A stretch of DNA of 64,000 bases from Oligoflexales bacterium (GCA_041736175.1 JBGSUI010000126.1:33352-97351); one strand, 5' to 3'; shown: positions 40,220 through 51,564, numbered from the stretch's first letter. The notes: a model not told the origin generated them from the sequence alone. A program made the numbers and translations.

Positions 40220-41512
40220 TTAAGTAGAAGGGGTTCCTGTCCCGAATTCACGCTCAGGTTTTTCGAGCTTTTTAGTCTCGTCGCTCTCAGAGCGATAGAC
40301 CAAAATGGGGTCAGAATCAACCACGATCACTTCTTCCGTAACAATGACCTCTTTGAGGTTTTTCAAGGAGGGCATTTCGTACATCACTTCGAGCATGGCC
40401 CGCTCTAAAATAGCCCGCAGACCCCTTGCCCCCGTCTTGCGTTTGAGAGCTTCCTTGACGACCGCCCGCAGGGCTCCATCGGTAAATTTAAGCTCCACAT
40501 TTTCAAAATCAAACAGCTTTTTAAACTGTTTCACAATGGCATTCTTTGGAAAGGTAAGGATTTTAATGAGGGTTTCTTCGTCGAGCTGGGCAAGGGAGCA
40601 GACGATAGGCACTCGACCGATAAATTCTGGAATCATTCCAAACTTCATAAGGTCTTCTGTCTGAACCTGCTCCAGGAGAGCCGTCACATCTTTTTGGCGT
40701 TTAGAACGTATATCTGCCCCAAACCCCATGGATGCCACCTCGATCCGCGAGGCGACCACATCTTCGAGTCCCGCAAATGCTCCACCGCAGATAAAGAGGA
40801 TATTAGAGGTGTCCACCTGCAGAAACTCTTGCTGGGGGTGTTTGCGCCCACCCCGTGGGGGAACATTGGCAATGGTGCCTTCGATGATCTTGAGCAGGGC
40901 TTGCTGGACCCCTTCCCCTGATACGTCGCGGGTGATGGATGGATTTTCCCCTTTACGGGCAATTTTATCGATCTCATCGATATACGCAATCCCCCGTTGG
41001 GCCATCTCTACATCATAGTCCGCGTTTTGGAGCAGGTTGAGAATGATATTTTCTACATCCTCACCCACATAGCCGGCTTCTGTAAGATTGGTCGCATCCG
41101 AGATGGTAAAGGGAACATTGAGAATTCTAGCTAAAGTTTGGGCCAATAGGGTTTTACCCGAGCCCGTAGGTCCAATCAGTAGAATGTTAGACTTAGAAAG
41201 TTCTACTTCATCGGCTTTAGTCTTTGAGTCAATGCGCTTATAGTGGTTATGGACCGCGACGGATAGGGTTTTCTTAGCCCTTTCCTGGCCGATGATATAA
41301 TCGTCAAGAATTTTCTTGATGTCTTTAGGGTTAGGTACCTTGCCCGCTGGACTTAAGAGCTCTTCTTTTTCGACTTCTTCGGCAATGATGTCGTTGCAGA
41401 GCTGAATGCATTCATCACAGATGTAGACATTCGGTCCGGCGATTAGCTTCTTGACTTCACGCTGCCCTTTGCCGCAAAAGCTGCAGTGCAGTCCCGAGTC
41501 TTTGCCCGCCAT
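40220..41512 (-). CDS. clpX: ATP-dependent Clp protease ATP-binding subunit
   Basis: CSFCGK...[34 protein letters not shown]. Confidence 0.99.
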   Translation of the reverse strand: MAGKDSGLHCSFCGKGQREVKKLIAGPNVYICDECIQLCNDIIAEEVEKEELLSPAGKVPNPKDIKKILDDYIIGQERAKKTLSVAVHNHYKRIDSKTKADEVELSKSNILLIGPTGSGKTLLAQTLARILNVPFTISDATNLTEAGYVGEDVENIILNLLQNADYDVEMAQRGIAYIDEIDKIARKGENPSITRDVSGEGVQQALLKIIEGTIANVPPRGGRKHPQQEFLQVDTSNILFICGGAFAGLEDVVASRIEVASMGFGADIRSKRQKDVTALLEQVQTEDLMKFGMIPEFIGRVPIVCSLAQLDEETLIKILTFPKNAIVKQFKKLFDFENVELKFTDGALRAVVKEALKRKTGARGLRAILERAMLEVMYEMPSLKNLKEVIVTEEVIVVDSDPILVYRSESDETKKLEKPEREFGTGTPST

Positions 41513-41598
41513 TCTTTGTCTCTCCCCGGTTACAGATTTATCAGCCTATCGACCTCGACAGGCCCCTCATTCATCAGTCTCAGAACATGGAGTCGACA

Positions 41599-42198
41599 CT
41601 AGACTTCCCGCGGCTTTTTGCCCGATGGAGCGATCTCATCGACAATACCATATTCCTTTGCCTGTTCGGCAGATAAAAAGAAATCTCTATCGATATCGCC
41701 AGAGATAACACTCTCTGGTTTGCCCGTGTGGAGAGCAAGGATTTTGATCATGCTCTGTTTGGTTTTGATGATTTCTTGGGCCTGGATTTCAATATCCGTA
41801 GCCTGTCCCTGAGCCCCACCGAGGGGTTGGTGAATCATGACTCTCGCGTTGGGGAGAGCATAGCGCTTGCCTTTAGTACCCGAAGCCAACAACCAGGCCC
41901 CCATCGATGCGCACTGACCAACACAGTAAGTTCTGACATCCGGGCGGATGATTTGCATCGTATCGTAGATGGCCATCCCTGCGGTGACGGATCCACCGGG
42001 GGAGTTGATGTAAAAGTGGATATCCTTATCTGGGTCTTGGCTCTCTAAAAAGAGGAGCTGTGCCACGATCAGGTTAGCGACCTCGTCATAGACGGGAGTG
42101 CCTAAAAAAACAATCCGGTCCTTGAGGAGCCTTGAATAGATATCGTAAGATCTTTCTCCGCGGTTGGTTTGGTCGACGACAATAGGCACTAGTGGCAT
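41599..42198 (-). CDS. clpP: ATP-dependent Clp protease proteolytic subunit
   Basis: [30 protein letters not shown]; start ATG 42198 with AAGGA RBS. Confidence 0.98.
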   Translation of the reverse strand: MPLVPIVVDQTNRGERSYDIYSRLLKDRIVFLGTPVYDEVANLIVAQLLFLESQDPDKDIHFYINSPGGSVTAGMAIYDTMQIIRPDVRTYCVGQCASMGAWLLASGTKGKRYALPNARVMIHQPLGGAQGQATDIEIQAQEIIKTKQSMIKILALHTGKPESVISGDIDRDFFLSAEQAKEYGIVDEIAPSGKKPREV

Positions 42199-42534
42199 AG
42201 GTGAGTCCTTTTTTGGATGCAGCATAGGGGCTCGGCCCAGCTCCCGACAAAGCCCTTACGCTGGTGATCTAAATGCATTCGAAAACCTCAAGGGATATTT
42301 ACCGGAAAATAGACTTCCAGCCAACCTAGGATCAGCGACAACGCCTCTAGGTAGACCATCGACATCTAATCTCCAAACTTTAGGATACTATGGTTTGCCG
42401 GGAGTTCGAATCCCCCAATGAAAGAATCTTTTTCAAAGAATCTTTGGCAAAATTTCAAGTTTACCCCGTGGCCCTGGATAGGCCCTCTTAGCCAAAGCGT
42501 AACCATGACAAGAGGGAGGCTTTTTATGCACTTT

Positions 42535-43821
42535 CTAGGCTTTTTTCAAAACTTTGGAAATTTGAGCGTTATCGTGAAGCCATTTCAGGCTCTTAGCGAT
42601 CATAGTATTTTCACGGACACTCTGTTTTAAATTTGCTTTGATCGCCGCAATATTTTTTCGCTCCTGAGGGGACAACTTATGCTGCTGGAGGATTTTCTCC
42701 ACCCCAACGGAGATCTCTTCGTCACTGACCTGCATCTTCTCTTCGTTAAAGACATGCAGTAGCAACATAATCCGGATCACTTTTTCCCTAGCTTTTGGCC
42801 TAAATTGTTTGCGGAGTTCTTCGTTTTTGAGGAGGTCCTGAGCTTTTGGATTATTCTGGAATTCCTCGTTGATCATATTGTCTACAAAGGAGTCTACGAT
42901 CGCAGGGGGAGCTTCGATCGTTGTAAGGGACGATAGCTTATTGACAATGCCAGTCTCGGTAGCCTTTTCATTGGTTTGAGCAATAAAAGCTTCCAGTTGT
43001 TTCTGGAGCTGGGACTTAAGGGAGTCTAAAGATTCAAAACCGTTGTCCTTAGCTAAGTCATCATCAAGACCAGGCATTTCAAAGCCTTTGAGGTCTTTGA
43101 GCTCGACGGTGATATCCAGGACTTGGTTGGCAAGGTCAGGGTCATTAAAATCAGCCGGAATGGTGACTTTTCCAGACTTAGACTCGCCCACACCAAGGCC
43201 AATAATCAGCTCTTCGAGGCCAGGAAGCAGCTGTCCATTGCCTAGAAGCACGGCATATTCTTTGACGTCAAAATGAGGCATGACCTCGCCATCTTTAGAT
43301 ACCTGGTGGCCAATGGTTGCCAGCATTCCGGGCTCTGCTTTTGCACCTTCAGTGGGGAGTGGACTTGCTTTTCCACCTCTCTGGCGAAGATTGTTAAGCT
43401 CTCGCTCGAGCATAGATTCTGAGTATTCCAGCTCCTCTACGGTCACCTCCATGCCTTTGTAGCCGGAGAGTTTGATTTCGGGCATGGTATCGACGACCAC
43501 CACAAAGGTAAACGCCTGGCCGGAAACCGCATCGTCCGCACGCTCGATCACTGGAGCAGCGACGGTACGGAGGGTTGATCCTGAAAGAGCGCCGCTGGTA
43601 TGGGTTTGGATAAGATTCTTGCGAACCTCGAACGAGGCATGATCGCTATAGATTTTTTTGATGAGGTCCATGGGCGCTTTGCCCGGTCGAAACCCTTGGA
43701 GCTTTGCTTTTTTCTGGATGCCGCGCAAGACTTGTGCGTAGGCCTTATCGACTTCTTCACCAGTTACTTCAATGCTAATACGGTACTGAACTGGGTTAAT
43801 CTGTTCGACACTTGATTTCAT
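42535..43821 (-). CDS. tig: trigger factor
   Basis: GFRPGKAP signature, FKBP-like domain, canonical tig-clpP-clpX-lon order. Confidence 0.93.
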   Translation of the reverse strand: MKSSVEQINPVQYRISIEVTGEEVDKAYAQVLRGIQKKAKLQGFRPGKAPMDLIKKIYSDHASFEVRKNLIQTHTSGALSGSTLRTVAAPVIERADDAVSGQAFTFVVVVDTMPEIKLSGYKGMEVTVEELEYSESMLERELNNLRQRGGKASPLPTEGAKAEPGMLATIGHQVSKDGEVMPHFDVKEYAVLLGNGQLLPGLEELIIGLGVGESKSGKVTIPADFNDPDLANQVLDITVELKDLKGFEMPGLDDDLAKDNGFESLDSLKSQLQKQLEAFIAQTNEKATETGIVNKLSSLTTIEAPPAIVDSFVDNMINEEFQNNPKAQDLLKNEELRKQFRPKAREKVIRIMLLLHVFNEEKMQVSDEEISVGVEKILQQHKLSPQERKNIAAIKANLKQSVRENTMIAKSLKWLHDNAQISKVLKKA

Positions 43822-44023
43822 GCGGCTTCGCTCCTAGGGGCTCATCTGATTTTTACGGGTCCGTGCTCTTCCGGTGATGGATGCTGGTTGTTCTTACAAC
43901 TCAGCAGAAGCGTGGCGATACTTAGCATCTTATGATAGAGTTGTCAAAAGGTTCCGAAGTTAAAAGAAGCGGACTTTTAGGTCTCCCTATAGGTTTCTTG
44001 ATTTTTATTTGTGAGGTCAATCG

Positions 44024-44218
44024 ATGCAGCGTCGGCTCTGGACCCAAGTTTTTTTGTTGGCGATTTGTCTAGCGGCTGTCCTCTATGCAAGGTACTATCT
44101 GCGGTCTTATGGAGTCATGGATACCGATAGGGGTGCCGATCAAGTCGAGTCTCTGAACGAGCACTCTTCTAAAAGCAACTCAAAAAGTGACGCCCCAGGC
44201 CGACCTCGAGGTGGGTGA
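44024..44218 (+). CDS. small single-pass membrane protein
   Basis: GAGG RBS and one hydrophobic segment. Confidence 0.5.
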   Translation: MQRRLWTQVFLLAICLAAVLYARYYLRSYGVMDTDRGADQVESLNEHSSKSNSKSDAPGRPRGG

Positions 44219-44260
44219 TCGGTCGTAAGGCCAGATTGTCCAGAGATGTAAAAAGGACCG

Positions 44261-45238
44261 ATGGTGAGTGAAGGCCATTATAATGTCAAAGCCGTCTGCC
44301 GGCTGACGGGACTCAACGAACACACCCTGAGAAGTTGGGAGCGCCGCTATCAGGCGATCACCCCTGGTCGTCAAGAAAATCGCAGACGCCTCTATACCCG
44401 AGAAGATGTGGAACGGCTTCGCCTGATGGTACGCCTCGTGGAATATGGGTATGCGATTGGCCAAGTAGCTCCACTGCCAGATCTAGAGCTGCGCAATCTC
44501 GTATCCCAACACGAGGCCATCAACCAGTCACCAGGTAGCCAGCGGGTCATGGATGGCAAGGGCCAGGAGGCTGACCAGGTTGTCCTCAAAAACACGGCGA
44601 TCCTCAAGGCTCTTGAAAGCTTTGACTTGGAGATGATGCAGGCCGAACTCGAACAGGCTCGCTTAGATCATGGGTCTAAAGATCTGATCTTAAAAATCTT
44701 TTTACCCCTGATGTTCGAAGTGGGACAGTTGGTCTTCAATAGCCGCATGGATATAGCCCAAGAACATGCTCTCACAGCCCTTATTAGATCTCATATGTTG
44801 GATATTTTTTTTCAGACCCGAAGGCTTCGCTCCTATATGCGTAAGGGCCAACCGGAACAGGTCAAGACGACGATTGTGGTGTCAACTCCCGAAGGGGATA
44901 TTCACGAGATCGGTATCCTCGCGGCATCGGTGCTCTGTGCCGATGCAGCCCTTAACGTCGTCTACATTGGACCTAACATGCCGGCCAACCCTCTCGGTAA
45001 GGTGGCGCAGGTGCTAAAAGCTGATGCAGTGATGCTGGGCCTTAGCCCTTTACCCCCTGGTACGATGCCCCTTTCCATGGGTGAATACCTTCTGGAGCTT
45101 GCTAGAAATCTGCCCCAATCCTGCGAATTGTGGCTGGGTGGCGCCCTGCCGGCCAAGGCGGATCTGGCGCCTATCACCCAGGCGATCCGTTGTTTCAGGA
45201 CGATGGGTGATCTTGTGAATTCACTTAGACCAGTTTAG
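44261..45238 (+). CDS. MerR-family regulator with cobalamin-binding domain (CarH/LitR-like)
   Basis: TLRSWERRY MerR HTH; AQEH; EGDIHEIG; YIGPNMP. Confidence 0.9.
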   Translation: MVSEGHYNVKAVCRLTGLNEHTLRSWERRYQAITPGRQENRRRLYTREDVERLRLMVRLVEYGYAIGQVAPLPDLELRNLVSQHEAINQSPGSQRVMDGKGQEADQVVLKNTAILKALESFDLEMMQAELEQARLDHGSKDLILKIFLPLMFEVGQLVFNSRMDIAQEHALTALIRSHMLDIFFQTRRLRSYMRKGQPEQVKTTIVVSTPEGDIHEIGILAASVLCADAALNVVYIGPNMPANPLGKVAQVLKADAVMLGLSPLPPGTMPLSMGEYLLELARNLPQSCELWLGGALPAKADLAPITQAIRCFRTMGDLVNSLRPV

Positions 45239-46235
45239 CGTCCGCGAAAGCCAGCATCAGCTCATGATTTTTGACGGTGGCGCCACAGTCTTTTTTGTTG
45301 GTCCGCAGGCCAGGGCCTGAGGAGGATTTTACTAACTTTATGTCATCCCCGAGGCTGCCAAAAATCTTGATATCCTCACCCCAAGTGGCGCAGTCTATGC
45401 CCTGTTTTTGAGCCTGTTTTTGGAGGTCTTGCAGGGTGACGGTCACCGTATCGTAGGGAGAGGATTGGACAAGCTGGTCGAGGGACCGAATCATAGCAAG
45501 CTGGGCGTGGGTGAGATAGGGGCGTTTTGGAGAGAGTTTGGTAAATTGGAGCATAAAATTGGCGAGAGAGCTGAGTTGGCCTCGGTTTTGAAGAGCGAGA
45601 GCGACGTTTTTATAGGAGTCTTGCCGTGTCATGACCATTTTTTCTTTGACCAGGAGTTCAAGGATTCGTTTAACAGACTCCGGATCTTCACCAAATATAT
45701 CGGCCAACTGTTTTTCGGTGGCTAGTTTGCCGAGGATCCAGTCTTTTCCATCTTTTTCTCCGTCCTTATTCCAGAGGAGCGCGAGGATATGGAGCACGCG
45801 GATGGGAGTCTGAAAAGGTTTTGTGGAGGTTCCACCTGGTTGGGCAGTGCTGGCTGACGGCGTCCCCTTGCCGACGCTGCTTTCGAGGTTTTTAAGGCGT
45901 TCGTTGGTCTGCCGCAAGCGGGTCGACAAGGCTGACATCAACCCGACAAACCACTTTGGGATCTGTTTCATCAGCTTGGCAAAATCCTCGGTCGAGATCA
46001 AGGTTACCTCGGCGTCCTTTGCAGCCCTGACGGATGCGGACCGAGGCTGGTTGTCAAAAAGCGCCATCTCGCCGACCATGCCCCCTTCGTTGATCGTGGC
46101 CAACACGACCTCTTTGCCGTCTTGTTCTAGGTAGACACAAAGCTCCCCTTTCCTAATCAAATACATGCCATCGGATTTGTCGCCGGCTTTAAAGACGAGT
46201 TGGCCTTTTTTTAATATTTTATTAGAACCAGCCAT
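45225..46235 (-). CDS. cyclic nucleotide-binding (Crp/Fnr-like) protein
   Basis: GEMALFDNQPRSASVRA. Confidence 0.88.
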   Translation of the reverse strand: MAGSNKILKKGQLVFKAGDKSDGMYLIRKGELCVYLEQDGKEVVLATINEGGMVGEMALFDNQPRSASVRAAKDAEVTLISTEDFAKLMKQIPKWFVGLMSALSTRLRQTNERLKNLESSVGKGTPSASTAQPGGTSTKPFQTPIRVLHILALLWNKDGEKDGKDWILGKLATEKQLADIFGEDPESVKRILELLVKEKMVMTRQDSYKNVALALQNRGQLSSLANFMLQFTKLSPKRPYLTHAQLAMIRSLDQLVQSSPYDTVTVTLQDLQKQAQKQGIDCATWGEDIKIFGSLGDDIKLVKSSSGPGLRTNKKDCGATVKNHELMLAFADAKLV

Positions 46236-46583
46236 AGTTGTTACATATCCAAGCCGCGCAAAAGTCCTGCGGGTCTATGAAGGCATCTTTTCAGTCATTT
46301 GGATCGGACGGTTTTCAAGGAAGGTTGAGTTTTAGAGTGGTCCTAGGAGGATCCCGTAGCAGGGTTAGGCGTGGAAATACCTTTGATTTGCTGTTAAACT
46401 CTGGTGTCCATCAAGAGCGACTCCCCATTTAGCTATTGGAGTCGTAGGAGAGGTGAGAGCAGCGAACGTAAGTTCAAAGAACTTTGTTTTAATCAATCCT
46501 AATTATGCTTATTATCGATTTTCTAAACTTGAGTCCTTGGTCGATGATACCCTTAACAGCTATCTGTCTTTGAGGAGACCCTT

Positions 46584-47744
46584 ATGATATACCCACATTT
46601 CCGAACCAATCTTTTTGCCAACGCCATAGTCGTGGTGAGTTTTTTAAGCCCTATGACCTTAGCGGTGGGAAGTGCTGACGCTCTAGCCCGTGCAGGGATG
46701 GGACGATCATCGGGCCGGTCGATGAGTCGACCGATGAATCGTCCAGCGCAGCCCGCTTACACTCCCCAGCCTCGTCCTGCGGCTCCCATGGGAGCTCCTA
46801 CCTCGCCAGCACCAGCGTCTGGCCCAGCCGCGGCCAACAACTATCGCCAACCACCTCCACCCATCAACCAATCCGCAGGGGGCGGCTTTATGCGCAATAT
46901 GGGGACGGCGGTGGCGGGAGGTTTCCTAGGAAGCATGCTCTTTAGCGGTGTGAGCCGGGCCTTTAACGGTGGTTCCAGCGCTCCCTCTGGGACACAAGCC
47001 GGAGGAGCCGAAGGCACTAAGCCGGGAGGAGGGATTGGCCTCTTGGAGATTCTGCTTTTTGCAGGGCTGGCTTTTTTAGGCTACCGGTTTTGGAAAGGGC
47101 GTCAGGAAAAACTAGCCTACGACTCTCATTCCTTGGGTTCCCGCTCCTTGGGGTCAGCCCCCCAGGACTTCCAGTCTTCCTACCGATCCGAGACTACGCC
47201 GTTTTTAAGTGACCCCTCCATCGGTCAAGTGGGCCAGTCTGTCGAGTCCTATGGAAATCTGGGCGCAGTTGGGTCGCAGACTCTTGAGGATTTGTCCTAT
47301 CCTGGAAGCGAAGAGCAGAAACGCCTGCAAAACGCCGCTCGCGATATCTTTTACCGGGTCCAGACAGCCTGGTCGAGGCGTGATCTTTCTGGAGTCAGGG
47401 GGCTCTTGGCACCGGAGCTTAAGGCGTCTCTGGAGCTTGATCTTGAGGAGCTGACCCGGAGCAAAAAGTTTAACCGCCTCGAAAACATCTCCATCACAGA
47501 TATCCAGATCCTCAAGGCGTGGGAGGAACCGGGAGAAACCTGCTGCAGCGTCAAAATCACCGCCTATATGTTGGACTTTACGGTCGACGAAGTGAGCCAA
47601 CGGGTGATGAGTGGTTCCGACCAGGACCCGGTCCGTTTCGAAGAAGTATGGACTTTTTCTAAACCGCGGATGGCAGGAGCGACTCTGGGGGTTGCGAGCA
47701 ACACCGATGGTTGGGTCCTTGCCGGGATCGAGCAGGTAGCCTAA
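46584..47744 (+). CDS. Tim44 domain protein
   Basis: ARAG.GRSSG leader, Gly-rich TM region, VQTAW, FEEVWTF, W.LAGIEQ. Confidence 0.9.
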   Translation: MIYPHFRTNLFANAIVVVSFLSPMTLAVGSADALARAGMGRSSGRSMSRPMNRPAQPAYTPQPRPAAPMGAPTSPAPASGPAAANNYRQPPPPINQSAGGGFMRNMGTAVAGGFLGSMLFSGVSRAFNGGSSAPSGTQAGGAEGTKPGGGIGLLEILLFAGLAFLGYRFWKGRQEKLAYDSHSLGSRSLGSAPQDFQSSYRSETTPFLSDPSIGQVGQSVESYGNLGAVGSQTLEDLSYPGSEEQKRLQNAARDIFYRVQTAWSRRDLSGVRGLLAPELKASLELDLEELTRSKKFNRLENISITDIQILKAWEEPGETCCSVKITAYMLDFTVDEVSQRVMSGSDQDPVRFEEVWTFSKPRMAGATLGVASNTDGWVLAGIEQVA

Positions 47745-47813
47745 AGCCGGTTAAGTGGTATCATCGGGTTGATGGAGGGGTCACCATCAAGATGGTGCCC
47801 CTCTATAAGTTTC

Positions 47814-48746
47814 TTACCGCCCAGGTTTAGGGGCTTTTTTGGGCCCTACTTTTGCCTTGGTCACCTTCCTGGTTTTCGTGGCCTTCTTCGTGGCCTTCTT
47901 CGTGGCCTTCTTCGTGGCAGCTTTCATGTTGGCAGCGATTTTTTTCAACATTTTTATAGCGACCGGATCTGGTGGTTCGGCCTTAGGCACCTCGTCGTCC
48001 ATCTCGATGTCGAAGACTTGGGAAAGGTTGGATGGGGCGACGGTTTTGCGAGCGGTGGTTCCCTTGCCGCCCGTGAGGACCGACACCTTGGCCACCTTGG
48101 AGATGAGTTGGTGATGATCAACTTTTCTAAGGGTAAACAGCAATTCCGGAGAAGTGTCGAGGCGGTGGCCTACGCCGTAAAGTGTCGCTGCAATATGTTT
48201 ACACATGGACGCGCTATCGGGACAGGAGCATTTGAAAGAGATTTCCTTAGGCTTTGGAAAAAGCCCTGTCTCCTGAGATGTGACGACTTTCATGACGTGA
48301 TCTGAAAGTTTTCCTTGGAGGAGATCTAAAACGGAGAGGACTTCGCCCGTGCAGTTTTTTTGCACTTCAAGCCAGAGTTTTTGGGCTAGTGGCTTAATGT
48401 CGATCTCTATCTTATAGATGGAAGATCCGCTGACTAGGGAGGTGATTTTACCTGGTAGGATTTTGAGGTCGATGACTGACCCGTTACGCACATAGCGGCG
48501 GCCTCGTTCCAGGCGGTTTTCGAAATCACGGTAGGACTCAAGATTAACACACCAGGATTTGCCCCAAAAAGTCGCCGCGATGGTTCGGCCTTTGATGGAC
48601 ACGGGGAGTGTGGGTTGGCCCTTTTTGTTAAGGGATTTGACATGGGCTAAAGCCTTTTGCCGCCTTTCGGCCACGGACACGTAGGGAGCCCAGCCACCAT
48701 AGCCGCTGCCGTAGGAAGAATATCTGCCGCGTGAACTGTAGGCCAT
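47814..48746 (-). CDS. SWIM zinc-finger protein with basic histone-like tail
   Basis: GWAPYVSVAERR, FWGKSW, NRLERGRRYVR, CSCPD...CKH. Confidence 0.92.
   Translation of the reverse strand: MAYSSRGRYSSYGSGYGGWAPYVSVAERRQKALAHVKSLNKKGQPTLPVSIKGRTIAATFWGKSWCVNLESYRDFENRLERGRRYVRNGSVIDLKILPGKITSLVSGSSIYKIEIDIKPLAQKLWLEVQKNCTGEVLSVLDLLQGKLSDHVMKVVTSQETGLFPKPKEISFKCSCPDSASMCKHIAATLYGVGHRLDTSPELLFTLRKVDHHQLISKVAKVSVLTGGKGTTARKTVAPSNLSQVFDIEMDDEVPKAEPPDPVAIKMLKKIAANMKAATKKATKKATKKATKTRKVTKAKVGPKKAPKPGR
47875..47918. repeat. 12-bp tandem repeat (about 3.7 copies) encoding KKAT
   Basis: TTCGTGGCCTTC x3 plus TTCGTGGC. Confidence 0.9.
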
Positions 48747-48777
48747 AGGTCACCTCCTTTTTTGGGTATCAAGGACA

Positions 48778-51558
48778 TCAGAGACTGATGGCAGTGTTCA
48801 TATCTAATGAAACAAGTTCTATCAACTCCTTATTGGAGAGATCTGTAAGGGAAACCTCCCCTTGGGAGTTGCCGAGGATGTCGCTGGCCACCTGTTTTTT
48901 TTGGTCGATCATGGCGTCAATCTTTTCTTCGATCGTACCGCGACAGATAAACTTGTGGACAAGAACACTCCGTTTTTGTCCAATCCGAAAGGCCCGGTCT
49001 GTGGCCTGGTTTTCCACAGCTGGATTCCACCAACGGTCAAAATGAATCACATGGGATGCTGCTGTCAGATTAAGCCCGGTGCCGCCGGCTTTGAGAGATA
49101 AGACAAAAAACGGCGGTCCATCATCCTTTTGAAAGGTGTCGACCAGTTTTTTGCGCTGTTTGATGGCGGTTTCGCCGCTTAGGACCAGTCCCTCGCGGTT
49201 AAAGATCTTAGCTAGATAGGCAGCCAGCGGCTCTGTTAACTCCCGAAACTGGGTAAAAACCAGGAGTTTCTCTTGGCGCTCAGCGATCATTTCGCACAGC
49301 TCGGCGAGTCGGGCGAATTTGCCGCTTGCCACCGGGTCGTAAGCTCCACTGCCAAGGTGGTGGGCGGGATGATTGCAGATCTGTTTGAGCTGCATCAAGG
49401 AAGCAAGGATCACGCCGCGCCGGCTGATGCCGTCGGCGGTCTTGAGTTTTTCCACAAGTTTTTCCACCGCTTTTTGGTAGAGAACGCCCTGGTGTTTGCT
49501 GAGGCTACAGTAGGTTTTAAGCTCGGTTTTGTCGGGAAGATCGGCGATCACAGTGCGGTCGGTTTTAAGACGGCGGAGGATATAGGGCTGAACCAGCCGT
49601 CTCAGGGCAGGGTAGGGATTATCCGTGGTTTTGATAAAGTCGCTAAACCCTTTGCTAGAGCCCAATAGACCTGGACACAGAAAGTCAAACAGTGACCAAA
49701 GGTCAGCAAGATGATTTTCGATGGGTGTGCCCGTCAGGGCGATACGGTGATTGGCCCGCAGCTCCTTTACGGCTTGGGTTTGTTTGGTGTTGGGGTTTTT
49801 AATGGCCTGAGCCTCGTCTAGGATCAGGATATCCCAAGTACGCTCTGCAAAAAGAGGAGTCTTAGCCAGGTACCCATAGGTGGTGAGGACCAGGTCAGCC
49901 GAATCCATGGTTAGGGGGGACGTGGACCGAAAAGACGGGTGGGCAGGCAGGACATGGAGATCCGGGGCAAACCGCTTGGCCTCGTCCATCCAGTTGTTCA
50001 TTAAGGATGCCGGGAGGACCAGCAGTGCTTGAGACTGAGGTGTCTTTTGTTTAGTGGTTTTGTTGGTGATTTTTTTGAGATTTAGAAGAGCCAGGATCTG
50101 AATGGTTTTGCCTAGGCCCATATCATCAGCTAGACAGGACCCAAGCCGGAGTTGGTAGAGGAGCCAAAGCCACTCAAGCCCCTTAGACTGATAGGGCCTC
50201 AGGGTAGCTTTAAAAGTCGTTTTTTTAAGCAGAGTGTTTGCCGCGCTTGCCGACCCGGAGTCTTGGGGGGTTCGTAGTTGCTCAAGGGTTTTTTCCAACC
50301 AGCCACCAGCCACCACCTTGCTCCAGCTTGGAGTCGACCCCTGGGGGGAGTTTGCGGAGGAAGGGTGGGGGAGCCTCCCACTCAGGGGGCCTGTGCCAGC
50401 CAAAAGGCGCATGGCTTCGGCAAAAGTCAGGCCGTCTTGGGCGACGGTCTTTTGGACTTTTTGCCAATGATCAAGGACTTCCTTGAGCTGCTGGCGATCG
50501 ATCTCCACCCATTGGCCCCGTAGGGAGACAAGGCCATCTGAGCTTTGAAGCAGGTCGCGCCACTCTTTCTCTGTGAGGGGCTCACCTCCTAGGGAAAGGT
50601 TGATGTCAAAGCTCAGGAGCGAGTCGAGACCCAGGCCCTTAGGTTTTTTGCCGCCGATCGTAATCTGGACTTCGGGGTGCGGTGGGTTTTTAGCACGCCA
50701 CCAGTTCGGGACCCGCACGACGATCCCTGCGGATTCTAGGAGAGGGACTTCCTTAAGAAAGCGAAGAGCCTCGGTAGCACTCCAGGCAAGTGGGTGAAAC
50801 AGGTCGCCGCTGGTGAGGAGTTCTTTCATCAACGCGCTCTGGGTCGAAGCGGACTGCACCGGTTTAAGGAGGTTTTGGAGGATCTTTTGGCTGGCGCCGG
50901 ATTTGGCGCCGCCATACTGCTCCAGTGCCTGGCTCAGGGGGAGATGCTGGGCTTTGCCCTGGCTAGATACTTTATGGGCATAGGTGGCCAGGAAAGCAAA
51001 GGGCTGATGAGGATTTTGTTTGTTTTCTGCCAGGTGGAAACAGACCCGGCCCATAACACTCCAAGACTGTTGTCCTGGAGGGCATAAAGAGTGAAGGTAT
51101 TCTTGGATCGACTCTGTAGTGTTTCGGAGTTGGCGGACTAACTCGTCAAAGAGTTGAATCCACCACTGTTCTAAGATCTCCACAGTTAAGTATTCTCCGC
51201 CCACCATAGGGGGAGCTTGGAGCCGCAAATCTTCCAGATCTTGAGACAACAGTTCATAGGCCGGGGCGACCTGCAACTTGGATTTTAGAAGGTCGTCGAG
51301 ATTTGGCAGGCTACAAAGATAAGTGAAAAACAATTTACTAAAACGTCGCAGCCAGTCGAGGGTTTCCGAAACCTCCAGTGTGAGCCCGCCCGTGGCCAGA
51401 TAGATCAGGCCAAGACTCTGGTCAGCGCTAAAAGCTTCGAGTACGGCTGTAGGAAGAGGATCGGGGGAGTCGTCACCCGACGGATTTAGTGAGGTTGCGG
51501 GAGGCGTGGCCAGCACAATCCGCCCTTGGGGAGAGATAGCAATCTGACGATTCATCAC
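48778..51558 (-). CDS. SNF2-family helicase
   Basis: LRPYQ, LADDMGLGKT, DEAQ, TGTPIEN, SLKAGGTGLNL, WWNPAVENQATDRAFRIGQ. Confidence 0.96.
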   Translation of the reverse strand: MMNRQIAISPQGRIVLATPPATSLNPSGDDSPDPLPTAVLEAFSADQSLGLIYLATGGLTLEVSETLDWLRRFSKLFFTYLCSLPNLDDLLKSKLQVAPAYELLSQDLEDLRLQAPPMVGGEYLTVEILEQWWIQLFDELVRQLRNTTESIQEYLHSLCPPGQQSWSVMGRVCFHLAENKQNPHQPFAFLATYAHKVSSQGKAQHLPLSQALEQYGGAKSGASQKILQNLLKPVQSASTQSALMKELLTSGDLFHPLAWSATEALRFLKEVPLLESAGIVVRVPNWWRAKNPPHPEVQITIGGKKPKGLGLDSLLSFDINLSLGGEPLTEKEWRDLLQSSDGLVSLRGQWVEIDRQQLKEVLDHWQKVQKTVAQDGLTFAEAMRLLAGTGPLSGRLPHPSSANSPQGSTPSWSKVVAGGWLEKTLEQLRTPQDSGSASAANTLLKKTTFKATLRPYQSKGLEWLWLLYQLRLGSCLADDMGLGKTIQILALLNLKKITNKTTKQKTPQSQALLVLPASLMNNWMDEAKRFAPDLHVLPAHPSFRSTSPLTMDSADLVLTTYGYLAKTPLFAERTWDILILDEAQAIKNPNTKQTQAVKELRANHRIALTGTPIENHLADLWSLFDFLCPGLLGSSKGFSDFIKTTDNPYPALRRLVQPYILRRLKTDRTVIADLPDKTELKTYCSLSKHQGVLYQKAVEKLVEKLKTADGISRRGVILASLMQLKQICNHPAHHLGSGAYDPVASGKFARLAELCEMIAERQEKLLVFTQFRELTEPLAAYLAKIFNREGLVLSGETAIKQRKKLVDTFQKDDGPPFFVLSLKAGGTGLNLTAASHVIHFDRWWNPAVENQATDRAFRIGQKRSVLVHKFICRGTIEEKIDAMIDQKKQVASDILGNSQGEVSLTDLSNKELIELVSLDMNTAISL

Positions 51559-51564
51559 GGACTA

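Noticed and set aside
42400..42416. tRNA T-arm-like GGGAGTTCGAATCCCCC between tig and clpP
   Set aside because: No acceptor stem, D-arm or anticodon arm can be folded around it.
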